From the NCBI RefSeq assembly GCF_964355755.1, contig NC_092670.1, positions 15,920,795-15,984,794 of the forward strand: 64,000 nucleotides of DNA. The letters run 5' to 3'. Shown in pieces: positions 27,612-40,300 of the stretch. Under the pieces are notes generated by a model. It was not told the DNA's origin. It did not search any database and was given only the letters and a program-made list of their open reading frames with translations. The position numbers were made by a program, and so were the translations under genes. Each line of letters begins with the position of its first letter. Position 1 is the stretch's first letter. This DNA is from Antedon mediterranea. Its lineage: Eukaryota; Animalia; Echinodermata.

Positions 27612-29561
27612 AATACAACCCCAATGTGTTGTTTTATGTTATCATCTCAAATACAGTTGTATGGAACAAAACTATAACAAAATAAAATACATTTGTTGAT
27701 TTCTATCAAAAAAATGTTTTATTATCAAATCCAAAAGATTCTTCAGGACCATCTCTCAAGATAATCGCATAATCTATTAAATATCGGAATTTGATCATTT
27801 AATATTTTTAAAACGTGGTTGTTATATAGTCAGAAAGAGTTCTAAATTCCTTTAAAAAAACATTTTTTCCAGCCATTAATATTTTGGTTATACTGTATAC
27901 CATATCATAATACCAGCCATATGTAAACTTAAAAACCTAGATCTCCATGACTACTACTGGCTACATACTCTATCCAAACTAAAAACCTGCTAAATGTATC
28001 CCTTTCAGGATCGGTAATTCATAGAATTGTCTACCCCGTGTATGCTACTTATTGCATAGGGGTGCCTCACCCTCATGTGGATTATTTCAAACCACTAGTA
28101 AACCTTTTCACAAATTTCAAACCTTTATCCTCAATGCCAACACATAATTATAACCTCCCCAATTAAATGTTTACATGAATATATGTTTAAAATATTCAAA
28201 AATAAATGATTATGAAATAGATTTTAATACATATTTTTTTCCATAAAAAAAAATGTTTATATAAATATTTAAGTTATCTAATTATAAAATATGAATATTA
28301 ATGTGGAGCTACAATTTGACTTGTATGATATGTTTTTTTTTCTAAATTTGAATTTTCTAATTGTTTTGATTTTTTTGGGATTAAATATCTTATAGATCAT
28401 TGAAATAATTAGATTAAGGTTTTTCATAAAAACACACAAAAGTAAATATTAAAAAAACTATTCTTATATATTCTTAAATATTTTAATCTTAAAAACATTA
28501 TTACAGAAAATCTATTTTCGTTTGTATCGGCTACAGTATAGCATAGGATTTTTCTGTTCAATCAATTGATATGTCCATTGCCTAATATTGTATAGTATAA
28601 AATACAATTGATATGTCTAGGCCTGCTGTATGTAGTAGTATCTACCGTAATAGCTGACAGTAGGAATGGCCATGTAATACTTTTAATCCATAGATAAAAT
28701 TAAAATTATAGGTAGTGAAAAGGGTCTACAGTTCAGGTTCGTGCCAGACTGTGCATACAGCATCTTCACGACGTATCTGGCTACCAGCATATTGAGTAAA
28801 AAGATTGGGGCATAACCAACGTGTGGAGCATCGTGAAAACCAACATCGAGACGCGATTTTATTTGGTTGAGCCAGACCAGAGTAGGTGCGCAAACACTTT
28901 AAGAGCTAGCCAAGATCAACCAGTGTGAAAAAGGCTCTGGGTTTGGGACAATCTGGGAGAAGAAATAAACATATGATAGCTTTAACTGAATAATCGTTTT
29001 TCAATATCATTTAAAAAGAATAAGGTTAACACCTACTTTTGATGAATACAATATAATTATTTATTTAATTACTTTTATTATACAAAATTTATCTGGGTTA
29101 CTAAAAACTTTAAATAATTACCATTTTGTTTATGGGATGATACTAATATATGAGCCGATACAGTTTTGGGTGGGAAACACATGTTTACATCTTTTATAAA
29201 AGTCAGTCAGTAATGTAGTATTAGTAACAGTGTACAGTAGTGCAAGCATGCTGTAAACGATACAATACAGTATCAAGTGGTCGTACATTGTTATACAAAT
29301 AAAGTAATCATCTTTTCCCACTAATTTTTATCATAATCGTAATTGAAATAATGGTCTGACTATACAGTTTAAAACGTCTATACGTACAATACATATAAAA
29401 AACTATTTACATAAATGAATAAGTTTACTACCTTTAAAGATTCCATTATTACTTTAAACAGTAATTGGTGGTATATATTTGTTTACTTGTTGCATTTAAA
29501 ATATACAAATTGTTGTTACTCCTTATTATACTGAAACAGGCTGAATCATGTATTGTTCTAA

Positions 29562-29721
29562 AGCTATGTCTACACTACAAAACTAGTTTGATAAAAAAGT
29601 GTGATGTGCTAAAATATGGTAGTGATATACCCAAATATGGTAGTGATATGACATCATCATGTCCGTATATGGGTCCATCACATTTTGTTGTCACATAAAG
29701 TTTGATAGTGTAGACAGAGCT
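29562..29721. mobile_element. MITE family B (PIF/Harbinger-like; TIR AGCTCTGTCTACACTATCAAACT)
   Basis: TIRs with TAA TSD. Further copies at 39813-39967, ~51530-51723, 59934-60074 (TTA TSD), 60456-60585, ~61210-61303, ~62994-63099 and ~63740-63835, sharing the internal CCAAATATGGTAGTGATAT subrepeat. Confidence 0.85.
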
Positions 29722-30471
29722 TAAGACATGGTTGTCAAAAACCCCTGGCGTCAAAAGTTCAACCGCTTCATGGATTATTAGAATTTTGAGAGCATTTCCA
29801 GTTGGGTGTCTACAAGTATTGGGAAACATGGTGGATATCATTTCAAGGCCAACGAAAAGTATTATTCAATAAATTTAATACAGAAAATTAAAATTAATAT
29901 TATCCAACACAACGTACAGTACAGTAACTTGAATCTGAGATAGCGGTTATTGTACTAATTTGTTAAGAGCACCCACATAGATTAGGCAGTGTACTGTAAT
30001 TTACAACAAACACACCCATTATTTATCGACAGGCAAAACAAAAAACACAGAAAATATGGTCAACTTCCAAAAACCAGAATATTCTATGACCAGAAAATCT
30101 TTTCTATATTAAAAATGCAATCTGAAAACCAGTACATATTTTATATAATTGTTTGGTTTTCAGACATTAACTATATAATTAAGAGTTTTGTGCAGACAAA
30201 ATACGAAAAAAAATAAGATGAATGAAACCAAAAAGAAAAAGTGATACAGTCTAGTAAATCTATTCACTACAACAATTTCACATCCATTTGATGTCACTAA
30301 TAGAAATTCAAACATTAACTAATAATCATTAATGTAGAGTTCATTAAGTAGCTTTTACATATCAAGATTTTATCATATAAAAAACTAAACAGTGAAGACA
30401 TAGTACTTCAACAGTTATCACATTCTAAATGCTTAAAACTGTAGATTGGTGGTCTGGTTCAATAACAGTAT

Positions 30472-30708
30472 GATGCTGTATCATACATGTGATGCTGTAT
30501 CATACATGTGATGCTGTATCATACATGTGATGCTGTATCATACATGTGATGCTGTATCATACATGTGATGCTGTATCATACATGTGATGCTGTATCATAC
30601 ATGTGATGCAGTATCATACTGTACATGTGATGCAGTATCATAATGTACATGTGATGCAGTATCATTCTGTAAATGTGATTCTGTATTCTACATGTGATGC
30701 TGTATCAT
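30472..30708. repeat. 19-bp minisatellite (TGATGCTGTATCATACATG)n drifting to 23-bp units
   Basis: About 7 perfect copies followed by degenerate ones; lies in the presumptive G-alpha 3' UTR. Confidence 0.9.
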
Positions 30709-31360
30709 GGCTCGAACTGGCATCATGTGACATATTACAGACTTGCAGAACGTCGCACCAATTGCATAATAAATGCTGTTGTCATAGCTTTCATGTGTAA
30801 ACGGTAAACCGGATATTTGGATATTGAGTAAATTGCTGATAAATCTGCAGGTTCTCGGATGTTCATTTTATACTGCTTGGTAGACTTTGGTGCTTGTCCC
30901 TAAAAAAATTCTCCAGAAACGTTGATGATGTTCTAGCGTATCTTTAACACCAAGTAACTTAAAAAAAGTGTTGTAATTGGGTGTTTAAAAAGTATATTGT
31001 TCCATACTTTATTAAGTCCTCAGAGCTACTCAATGAACCAATCAAACTACAACAAATGCAATGTCTGTCTACCAATCAGATTCCAGATACCACTGACCTA
31101 CATGGCACCGCTAGTTAGTAATCAGTCCAACTTTTAAAGGTGTCAAAACATTTCTTAAAATCCACCAGCAGTTATGATGTTCTTCAGAATGTAATTTCAT
31201 CCACCCTCTTTCCTGGCAACACTAATGCCTTAGCCTCCTAATACCATACATTCCTTCACAGCAGCATGTTAGCAATCATTTAAGGATATCCATCTAGAGT
31301 CTGGATTGATAAACCTATAAAAGTACTGTATTTTTTTTTTTTTTGTGGGAGAAATATTAT

Positions 31361-34300
31361 TCACTGTAACATTAAGTTCTTAAGATTGTCTTGTAGTATC
31401 GTGTCTCGCACTGCATGAAAAACAAATCGTATGTTCTCCGTGTCGACTGCTGTGGTAAAGTGATGAAACAACGCTTTACTACGTTCTCTACGTTTCGAGT
31501 CAAACATATTTAAGAGAAAGTTCTGAACATCTTCCAACTTTTGCGGGTCGCCATTGAAGTTTGGAAAATAGTCACTTATGCTGACTTGCTTAACTTTTAC
31601 GGCAAGTAAGTCTGTTTTATTCAAAAACAAGATTATAGAAACATTAGAAAAATACTTGTTGTTAACAATTGTTTCAAAAATATTACACGACTCGACGAGT
31701 CGATTTGTAACACGATCCTCCATAAGAACCTGATCGAATTCGCTCGATGACACCAAAAAGAGAATTGATGTGACACTCTCAAAACATTGGAACCATTTTT
31801 GACGTTGCGACCTCTGACCTCCAACATCGACAAACTTGAATGGAACTCCTTTGATGTCTATCAGATGCTCAACGATTCCTTTGGTGGCTTTACGTGCATG
31901 TAATATATCTTGTGTTGTTGGAAGATAGTCCTATTAAAATAAAATATATTCGTTAGTGGTTTTTAATTTCATTGATCATTTAATTCGGCTAATTTAAATT
32001 GAGTACGAGAAGGTCCTTATTTACAGAATATTACATAAACCACCAAGTAATATACTAAAAATTAATGAATTTATAAATGATATGGAAATTAGTGAAAATA
32101 AAAAAAAGCCACCCCAACTGAAATTCGGACCCAGATTCTTATACTTGAAAACTCTCCTACCGGTAATAATTGTCTACCTGACAACCAAAATAAAAAATCA
32201 TAGGCCCTTTTCGTACTTTAAAAAAAATGCATTCTGAAAAATCAATATACCGTACTTTGGGCATGAAAGTTTACTGAAGCACAGCACTTTAAGAAACCTA
32301 CAATCCACTATGCAAGATGATTAGGCAAAAATGTCCATAGATATAAATAGTAAAAAGATAATGAGTAATAATTGCTGTATTATTTTCTTTTAAACGTTTA
32401 AATGTCAAATATCCTATATAAAGTGTTTGATCGCTTTTTTTAAAACACAGGTTTAAATCCCATTTTAACCTCATGGAAACATGATATAGCAAAATTTTAA
32501 AAAAGTATAAATAGATTTTAGACATCGTAATGAGTAATTGTTGGGGGATAGTATTTAGTGTCAGTATTCAACCAAAATTTTGAAAAACATTAATTTATAT
32601 TTAATTAAAAAAAGAGCAGTAAAAAGATAAGTAATCTTTCAATAAACTGTGTATGTATACAACATTCTTTATTTTATTTTTTTCATTTCATACACATCCA
32701 ATAGCGAGTAATTCGCCAACTACAGGATGGATAAACTATTTAATCATTTATCGTGCTTATAAACTAAGGTGAGGCTTAGGGAATGGATTTGAAAGAGTCG
32801 CGAGTTACAACCATGGCACTAGGTCAGGATTGAACCCCGGACCTTAGGATTGGAAGGCAAGCTACAGCTCCACTACTACTACAGCTCTTAAACTTGATAT
32901 TATCAAGAATGGGGTTGTTTCACCATAATTAACATACAAGACAAGTGGTGACAAATTGTGGGAAATAATATTCAAATTCACCAGTACAGTTAAAAAACAC
33001 GGTAATTAATTAATTACCAAAGAATAACTACTGTACTGGGCGGTTCCAGGGGGTACAGTAGCTGTACAGTAGCTCTACAGTAGGTCAACAGATTGGTTAA
33101 ACTTGTAGAGGCAATTTGCATATGTGTTAGCAGGTGTAACGAACGGCATGCAAACCTTTTTATTCTTTGTCTCTCTCTCTCAACTACCGACCGTCGAACA
33201 AGCAGGACGTATTTATTTTACTTACCGTTGTTTGTTAACACAAGGAACTTTGCGTATCCTGTACATGTACAGAAGAAACCATTATTATTGGAATATATTA
33301 TGTGTATATAATTACGGAGCCAAGTATAAGAAGTTACTAATGATATTTGAACCCAATGCATGCTCTCACAACACAGTATAGTGGGTAAGTTGGATCTCAC
33401 TAAGGTGGTGATCCCGACGTGATCTAACGAGAGTGCTTGGAATATTTAAATATTTTTCTTCGTCGTTGTTGCAAGATTACTTTGAGTTGTCGTTGTTTGA
33501 TACGTGAATTGAATTATGGCGAGACCTTCTCCGGTAAGAGGTACACCGATCAAAATGGCCGCTAGAATGGATAAGGCACCACCTGTGGCGGCTGCTGTAA
33601 GTTTAAAATTGCCGCCATTTTGGCCGAATGACCCACTTATTTGGTTTGCGCAAGTGGAGGCTCAGTTTGTTACCAGAGGAATTACGGCTGAGGAAACAAA
33701 GTATTCGTTTATAATTGCTTCTTTGCCGCCTAATATCGCACAGGAGGTTCGGGATTTATTGCTAAGCCCTCCATACCAGAGACCATATACCCATTTGAAA
33801 TCGGAATTGGTTAAAAGGACATCCGTGTCGGAGCAAAAGCGTCTTCATCAGTTGTTAACAACGGAAGAATTAGGTGATCGCAAGCCTAGTCAGTTACTAC
33901 GCAAGATGTACCAATTGCTGGGGGATCGTGATTTAGAGACATCCATCCTGAAACAGTTGTTTGTGCAAAGATTGCCTACTAATGTTCAATTGATATTAGC
34001 GTCCACCCGTGAGGATATGGACCTTTCAGATCTGGCAGCGTTGGCCGATAAAATTTTGGAAGTTTCTCCACCACCACCTACTATTGCCACGACAATTAAG
34101 GATACGGGTGCACGCGCAACGTCAGATGAATTAAGAGAATTGAGAGCTGAGGTTAGTAAGTTGACCAGCCTCGTTTCTTCCTTGGCGAAACAAGTCAGAG
34201 GCAGAAGCCGTAGTAAACAACGTGAAAGCCGAAAACGCTCGCCCTCTGCTACATCTAATGATGGTTTATGCTGGTATCATCATCGATATGGTAACAAGGC

Positions 34301-37300
34301 ACATAAATGTAATTCACCATGCTCTTTTTCCTCACAGAAGGCGGGAAACGACCAAGCCAGCGACTAGAGACGGCGACAGCTGCTGGCGTTGGTGAAGGTA
34401 GTCGTCTATTTTTTATTTCTGATCGTACTTCGGGACTCAGATTCTTAGTTGACACTGGAGCGGAGGTTAGCGTGTTACCTCCATCAATAACAGACAAGTT
34501 GCACCGAAAAACTGACTTTGTATTGCAAGCAGTAAACAAATCTACAATATCTACTTATGGGGAGCGTTCCTTAACAGTTGATTTTGGATTTCGACGCACG
34601 TATAGGTGGATATTTACTGTTGCTGATGTGCCTAATGCGATTATTGGGGCCGATTTTTTACGACGTTTTGGTTTAATTGTGGACTTAAAAAATCGCAAAC
34701 TTTTCGATGCTACTACTAGTATCAGTGTCAAGGGAATAGAATGTACCCTAGCATCACTTAGTCCGGTCTTTCCGACCCCAAAAGTAAATCCTCGTTTTCA
34801 GGAAATATTAAACAAATATAAAACGATTACCAAACCATGTTTTCGTAATGGAAGCGTGAAACATAACGTTACACATCAGATAAATACAAATGGGTTGCCA
34901 GTTTGTGCCAGACCTCGCCGATTGTCTTCTGAGAAATTGAAAATTGCACGGGCTGAATTTGATCATATGTTACAATTAGGAATTATACGGCCCTCAGATA
35001 GTAACTGGTCGTCGCCGCTACACATGGTGCCTAAAGGAACAACAGGTGATTGGAGGCCATGTGGGGACTACCGAGCGTTAAATAATGTGACTGTTCCAGA
35101 TATGTACCCCATCCCTCACATTCATGACTTTACCGCGACTCTCTCGGGTTGCAAGATTTTTTCTAAGATAGATTTGGTACGTGCATATCATCAAATACCC
35201 GTCGATCCTAAAGACATTTCAAAAACCGCTATTACTACGCCGTTTGGCATGTTCGAGTTCTTAAGAATGCCATTTGGTCTTCGAAATGCGGCACAGTCAT
35301 TTCAGCGTTTTATTGACCAGGTGTTGCGGGGTATGAATTTCGTGTATGCTTACATTGATGACTTACTTATTGCCAGCATGGATACTGCTGAACATGAATT
35401 GCATCTTCAGGCACTTTTTAAACGTCTCGATGAATTTGGTATCATTGTTAATCCGTCCAAGTGTGTATGGGGTGTGTCTTCACTACAATTTTTAGGTCAT
35501 CAAATTAACGAGTTTGGGATACAGCCATTGCGTTCCAAGGTTGAGGCGATTGAACAGTTTCCAGTACCAGATACTGTGCGTAAATTACGTGAGTTTCTGG
35601 GATTAATTAATTTCTACAGACGGTTTATACCTAGATGTTCGGATTTGATTCATCCATTAACTGATTTACTTGTCGGTAAACCTAAAAAAGCGATTGAACT
35701 ATCTCCGACGGAAATTGAATCGTTCAACAAGGTCAAGTATGCACTCGTCGAATCAACTCTTCTAGAACATCCACATCCTGACGCTGCATTGTGTTTAATG
35801 GTAGATGCGTCCAATTGCGCTGTAGGTGGTGTGTTGCAACAAATGGTAGCAGGGATTTGGCATCCACTTGCATTTTTTTCTCGACGCCTAAATCCGGTGG
35901 AAAGGAGATATAGTACTTTTGGACGGGAATTACTAGCTACCTATCTTGCAGTTAAGCATTTTCGCCACGTTCTAGAAGCTAGAACATTTTATATCTTAAC
36001 TGACCATAAACCTTTAACACACGCATTACGTTCCAGCGCAGATCGATATTCGCCGCGAGAGATACGTCACTTAGACTACGTCTCACAGTTTACCACGGAC
36101 ATTCGACACGTCAAGGGTAGCGAGAATACCGTAGCAGACGCACTGTCACGTATGGACTTGAATGCAGTGTCAGCTTCATCGGAGCGTTCTATTGATTATG
36201 ACGTCATGGCTAGGCACCAGCCAAAAGATGCGGAGTTGCTCGAACATCAGCATAAGTCTGTTTTCAAGTTGAGAGACGTACCGATAGCGACTAGCGGCGG
36301 TACTATTGTATGCGATGTCACCACTGGTAATCATAGACCATTCGTGCCCAAAGGTATGCGTAGGTTAGTGTTTGACTCTTTGCATTCACTTTCTCATCCA
36401 GGGGTTCGAGCTTCACTAAAATTAATCGCTTCACGGTATGTTTGGCCTGGTATGAACAGTGATGTGCGGACATGGGCTAAGTGTTGTTTAAAATGCCAGA
36501 AGAATAAGGTTCATCGCCACACTGTGACACCATTAGGTACGTTTGCGACGCCCGACATAAGATTCGACCACGTCCACATAGACTTGGTAGGACCACTACC
36601 TGTATCGGATGGTTATACTTACCTACTGACATGTATCGATCGCTTTACAAGATGGCCAGAGGCCATATCAATCACCAATATTACCGCTGAAACTGTAGCC
36701 AAAGCGTTTGTCACTGTTTGGGTATCCAGATTCGGTGCGCCATCCACCATCACTACAGACCGTGGTCGTCAGTTCGAATCGGCACTATTCACCGCCCTAT
36801 CTAACATGTTGGGCACAAAACGCATTCGAACAACATCTTACCATCCTATGTCAAATGGATTAGTTGAACGTTTTCACCGCCAATTAAAGGTTTCGCTTAA
36901 GGCTCAAGATGATCCTCAGAAGTGGAGTGAAACTTTACCTTTAGTTCTTCTGGGTCTCCGGACAGCGGTCAAAGTTGATTTAGGCTGTTCTTCATCGGAA
37001 CTGGTGTATGGAGCAACCCTGAAACTTCCAGGGCAGTTTGTCGCGCCTACTGATATCGCCTCACATGAGCCTGCGAATTACGTACATAGATTGCAAAGAC
37101 ACATGCAGAATATTCGACCAGTGCCAACACGAGCGAATCAACGCACCGCACAAATCCACGACGATTTGCGTGAATGTACTCACGTGTTTGTTCGTTGCGA
37201 TAGCGTAAAGAAACCTCTTCAGTCTCCTTACAATGGGCCATTTAAAGTTTTAAACAGAACTGACAAATACTTTGTTTTGAGCATCGCAGGTAAACATGAA

Positions 37301-40300
37301 ACTGTTAGTTTGGACAGACTAAAAGTCGCCTATGTAAATAATGGTAAAGCTATTAACAACTTTCCAGAATCGTCAAGGCAACCGGAAGCAGGGCTTTCCC
37401 CAACCGCAAGTGCTATTCCAGTCGCACCTCCGCCACGGCAAACGCGTAGCGGACGACATGTACACTGGCCACGTAAGCTTGCAGATTATGATTGCGGTTG
37501 AAGAAATTCTGTTAGTTTATTGTGCTGGAAGTTTTATACTAGAATCATTTTTTTTTATTCATCGCTCGCTAACATTTCATTTGCGATCTAGAGGGGAGCT
37601 GATGTAGAGGCAATTTGCATATGTGTTAGCAGGTGTAACGAACGGCATGCAAACCTTTTTATTCTTTGTCTCTCTCTCTCAACTACCGACCGTCGAACAA
37701 GCAGGACGTATTTATTTTACTTACCGTTGTTTGTTAACACAAGGAACTTTGCGTATCCTGTACATGTACAGAAGAAACCATTATTATTGGAATATATTAT
37801 GTGTATATAATTACGGAGCCAAGTATAAGAAGTTACTAATGATATTTGAACCCAATGCATGCTCTCACAACACAGTATAGTGGGTAAGTTGGATCTCACT
37901 AAAAACTTCTTGAGCACAACTACTAAACGCCTACTACCCTTTAAATAGCACTTCCTCTTTCATAAATCCTGGATCTGCCCCTGTGATGTACAGAAGCAAC
38001 TTTAAAACTATCATTGGCAATGTAAACATTAAATTCCAATCAAGTTCCAAACATGTTCTTTACATTCATTTGATTTATCTTTTGTTTATTGCATGACAGT
38101 TTGATGTTGAATGCAAACTTTGTAACTACTGTACTGTACCACCAAACCATCTGTTAAGTCTTTAACAAGCTTGGTTCCCATTTGGACGCAACCAACGCAA
38201 GGAAGTTGGTCAATCACAAGCAACAGTTTGGGTGATCCATCGCGTCCCGATTGGTTAAATAACTTGCATTTTGCTTACGTCCAGGTAGATACCAAGCTAT
38301 TTATCTCTTGTTTACAGGAAAGGTATTTACAGTACATGAACTTTAAATGCTAATAATATACAAAAGAACATTTTTTTTCTATTCTTCTTAGAATTGATTT
38401 GATAATTCTAAGATTAAAATGATAATGGGAAAGGGTAACGGAATTGAATTCACACACATGAGTAGAGCTTTTCAATACAAGCCTGTCTAGGGCAGTAATG
38501 AACAAAGCAATTACACAAGAAGGAAATACTTCAGAATAAAATAAAGTACGCAAAGTTGTTGGGTTTTTTTACCAATTCTAATTTTACTTTTTGAAGTAAT
38601 AGTGAGTAAAAACTGCATAATTAAAATTTGGAATGAACCGTTTTAGAGGCGTTTACCACCTGTTGGTCCCATCCTTTACTAAATGTGTGGTTTTTTTTTT
38701 GTAATTTATTTGTATGTGCATTTTAGTGAGAGGAATAACTAAAATAATTATTTTACAGTAGAATTACCATATGATTTTCATTACAAAACTATTATATAAA
38801 ATAAGCTATAATATAAATGCTGAATGTAATCTGAAATTGGAATTGTATTGTGTTTTTGGATACCATTTGATAAACAATAGCAATAAGGTGTTTATGTAGC
38901 ATTTGGCTATGCTACGCTGGTGAAATTGTTCTAGGGACTTTGAGTTTAACAAATTTTACTGTATTGTACCAGGATTGGATCGACAATTGAGCAAAGTGTT
39001 CATATTTAGCCTAAATTAGAGGGTGGGATTACAGTAGTTCATTTTTAGTCACCGGTTAATCAAGTAGTCAAATTCCATATGTCTAATGGTAGCTAACGAT
39101 ATCAAAACCTTTGTATTCTTAAAAACACAAAGGAACTCAAATATAAACACTGGTTATTCTGCACCAATAATTTAACAATTGAAGTAAAAACATTGACTGT
39201 GGGTGTTGTCATTGTAGTAGAAGCCTGGCTATATGCAAGGCTTGGTTTTCAAGACTTACAACTGTACTACAGTACTGTAGACTGGGTTATACACTGCAAT
39301 TCTTACTGTATTTGTACCTTCACCCTTGTTTTGTCACTGGCAAATAGAAATGTGACACTGTAGCAACTAGCATATTAGTTATAGTGTAATTACACCCTAT
39401 AAAGAAAAGTTTGATTACCAATAAATGATCAATAATTGATACTCCAAGTACAAAACATAGTTTTGTAGAGCATTTTGATACAAAAAAAATAGTTTTGTAC
39501 AGCATTTTGATACTGTACACCTGTCCTTTGTACGAATGGGTAGGACAGTTAGTTTTGTGTCTACACTGACAAAAATGTTTCCCGCGATTTACTTGTTAGT
39601 TGTACTACAGTATAATATAAGCCTGACTAATGCATTGGTATACAGTATGTGATACAACAAGTAGTTTGGTACATTTCAGTTCCTTCTTTACAGAATGCAT
39701 CACAAGTAGCTGCTGTAGATAAACATACAATGAGCTATAACTAGAAGTGTAGCATATAATAATGGGTAAAATGTGGTTAACCTTTGGACCTCATCATTTA
39801 CTTGACTGCTAAAGCTCTGTCTACACTATCAAACTAGTTTGACAAAGTCTTATGCGATGTGTTCAAAGGTAGTGATATACCAAAATTTGGTAGTGATATG
39901 ACACCATCACGTCCATGGGCACATCACATTTTTTTGTCATATAAAGTTTGATAGTGTAAACAGAGCTTCAGGGAGTAGATTCAGGAAAAGAAAAAATAAT
40001 CAATATTTTTGCCCTTCTTAAATGAGATAATAGATGCAAATATGCTTTATATGTTCAATTCAATACAGAAGGAAGTACAAGATAATGTTCATATCATCAC
40101 ATCTCTGTGAAGACCTTTCTTAACCAGTGACTAACACAAACTTACGAAATCTACCACAAAATACCATTTCCGACCAAATGTGCAACACAATTTTTGTAAG
40201 TGTGGCTGTCCTAATCCTACTTAAGCATAAAAACTGTACAACGAATACTATAGTAGTATTAACCTTCAAACAATTCTTTTGTTGACAATAAATCTTGATA

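Larger units (their letters stand above)
33104..37902 (+). mobile_element. Full-length Ty3/gypsy LTR retrotransposon, CsRn1-like lineage, in G-alpha intron 2 (antisense to host)
   Basis: Apparently identical 300-bp LTRs at 33104-33403 and 37603-37902; TSD AAACT (33099-33103 / 37903-37907); tRNA-Trp PBS; PPT AGAGGGGAG; gag and pol intact, with PR-RT-RH-IN order. Confidence 0.97.

Noticed and set aside
33093-33400. Small ORFs duplicated at 37623-37917
   Set aside because: They are chance ORFs within the LTRs, duplicated with them.
37341-37607. Possible env-like third ORF in the retrotransposon
   Set aside because: Only 88 aa, mostly overlapping the end of pol, with no signal peptide or furin site; only ~100 bp separate pol from the 3' LTR.
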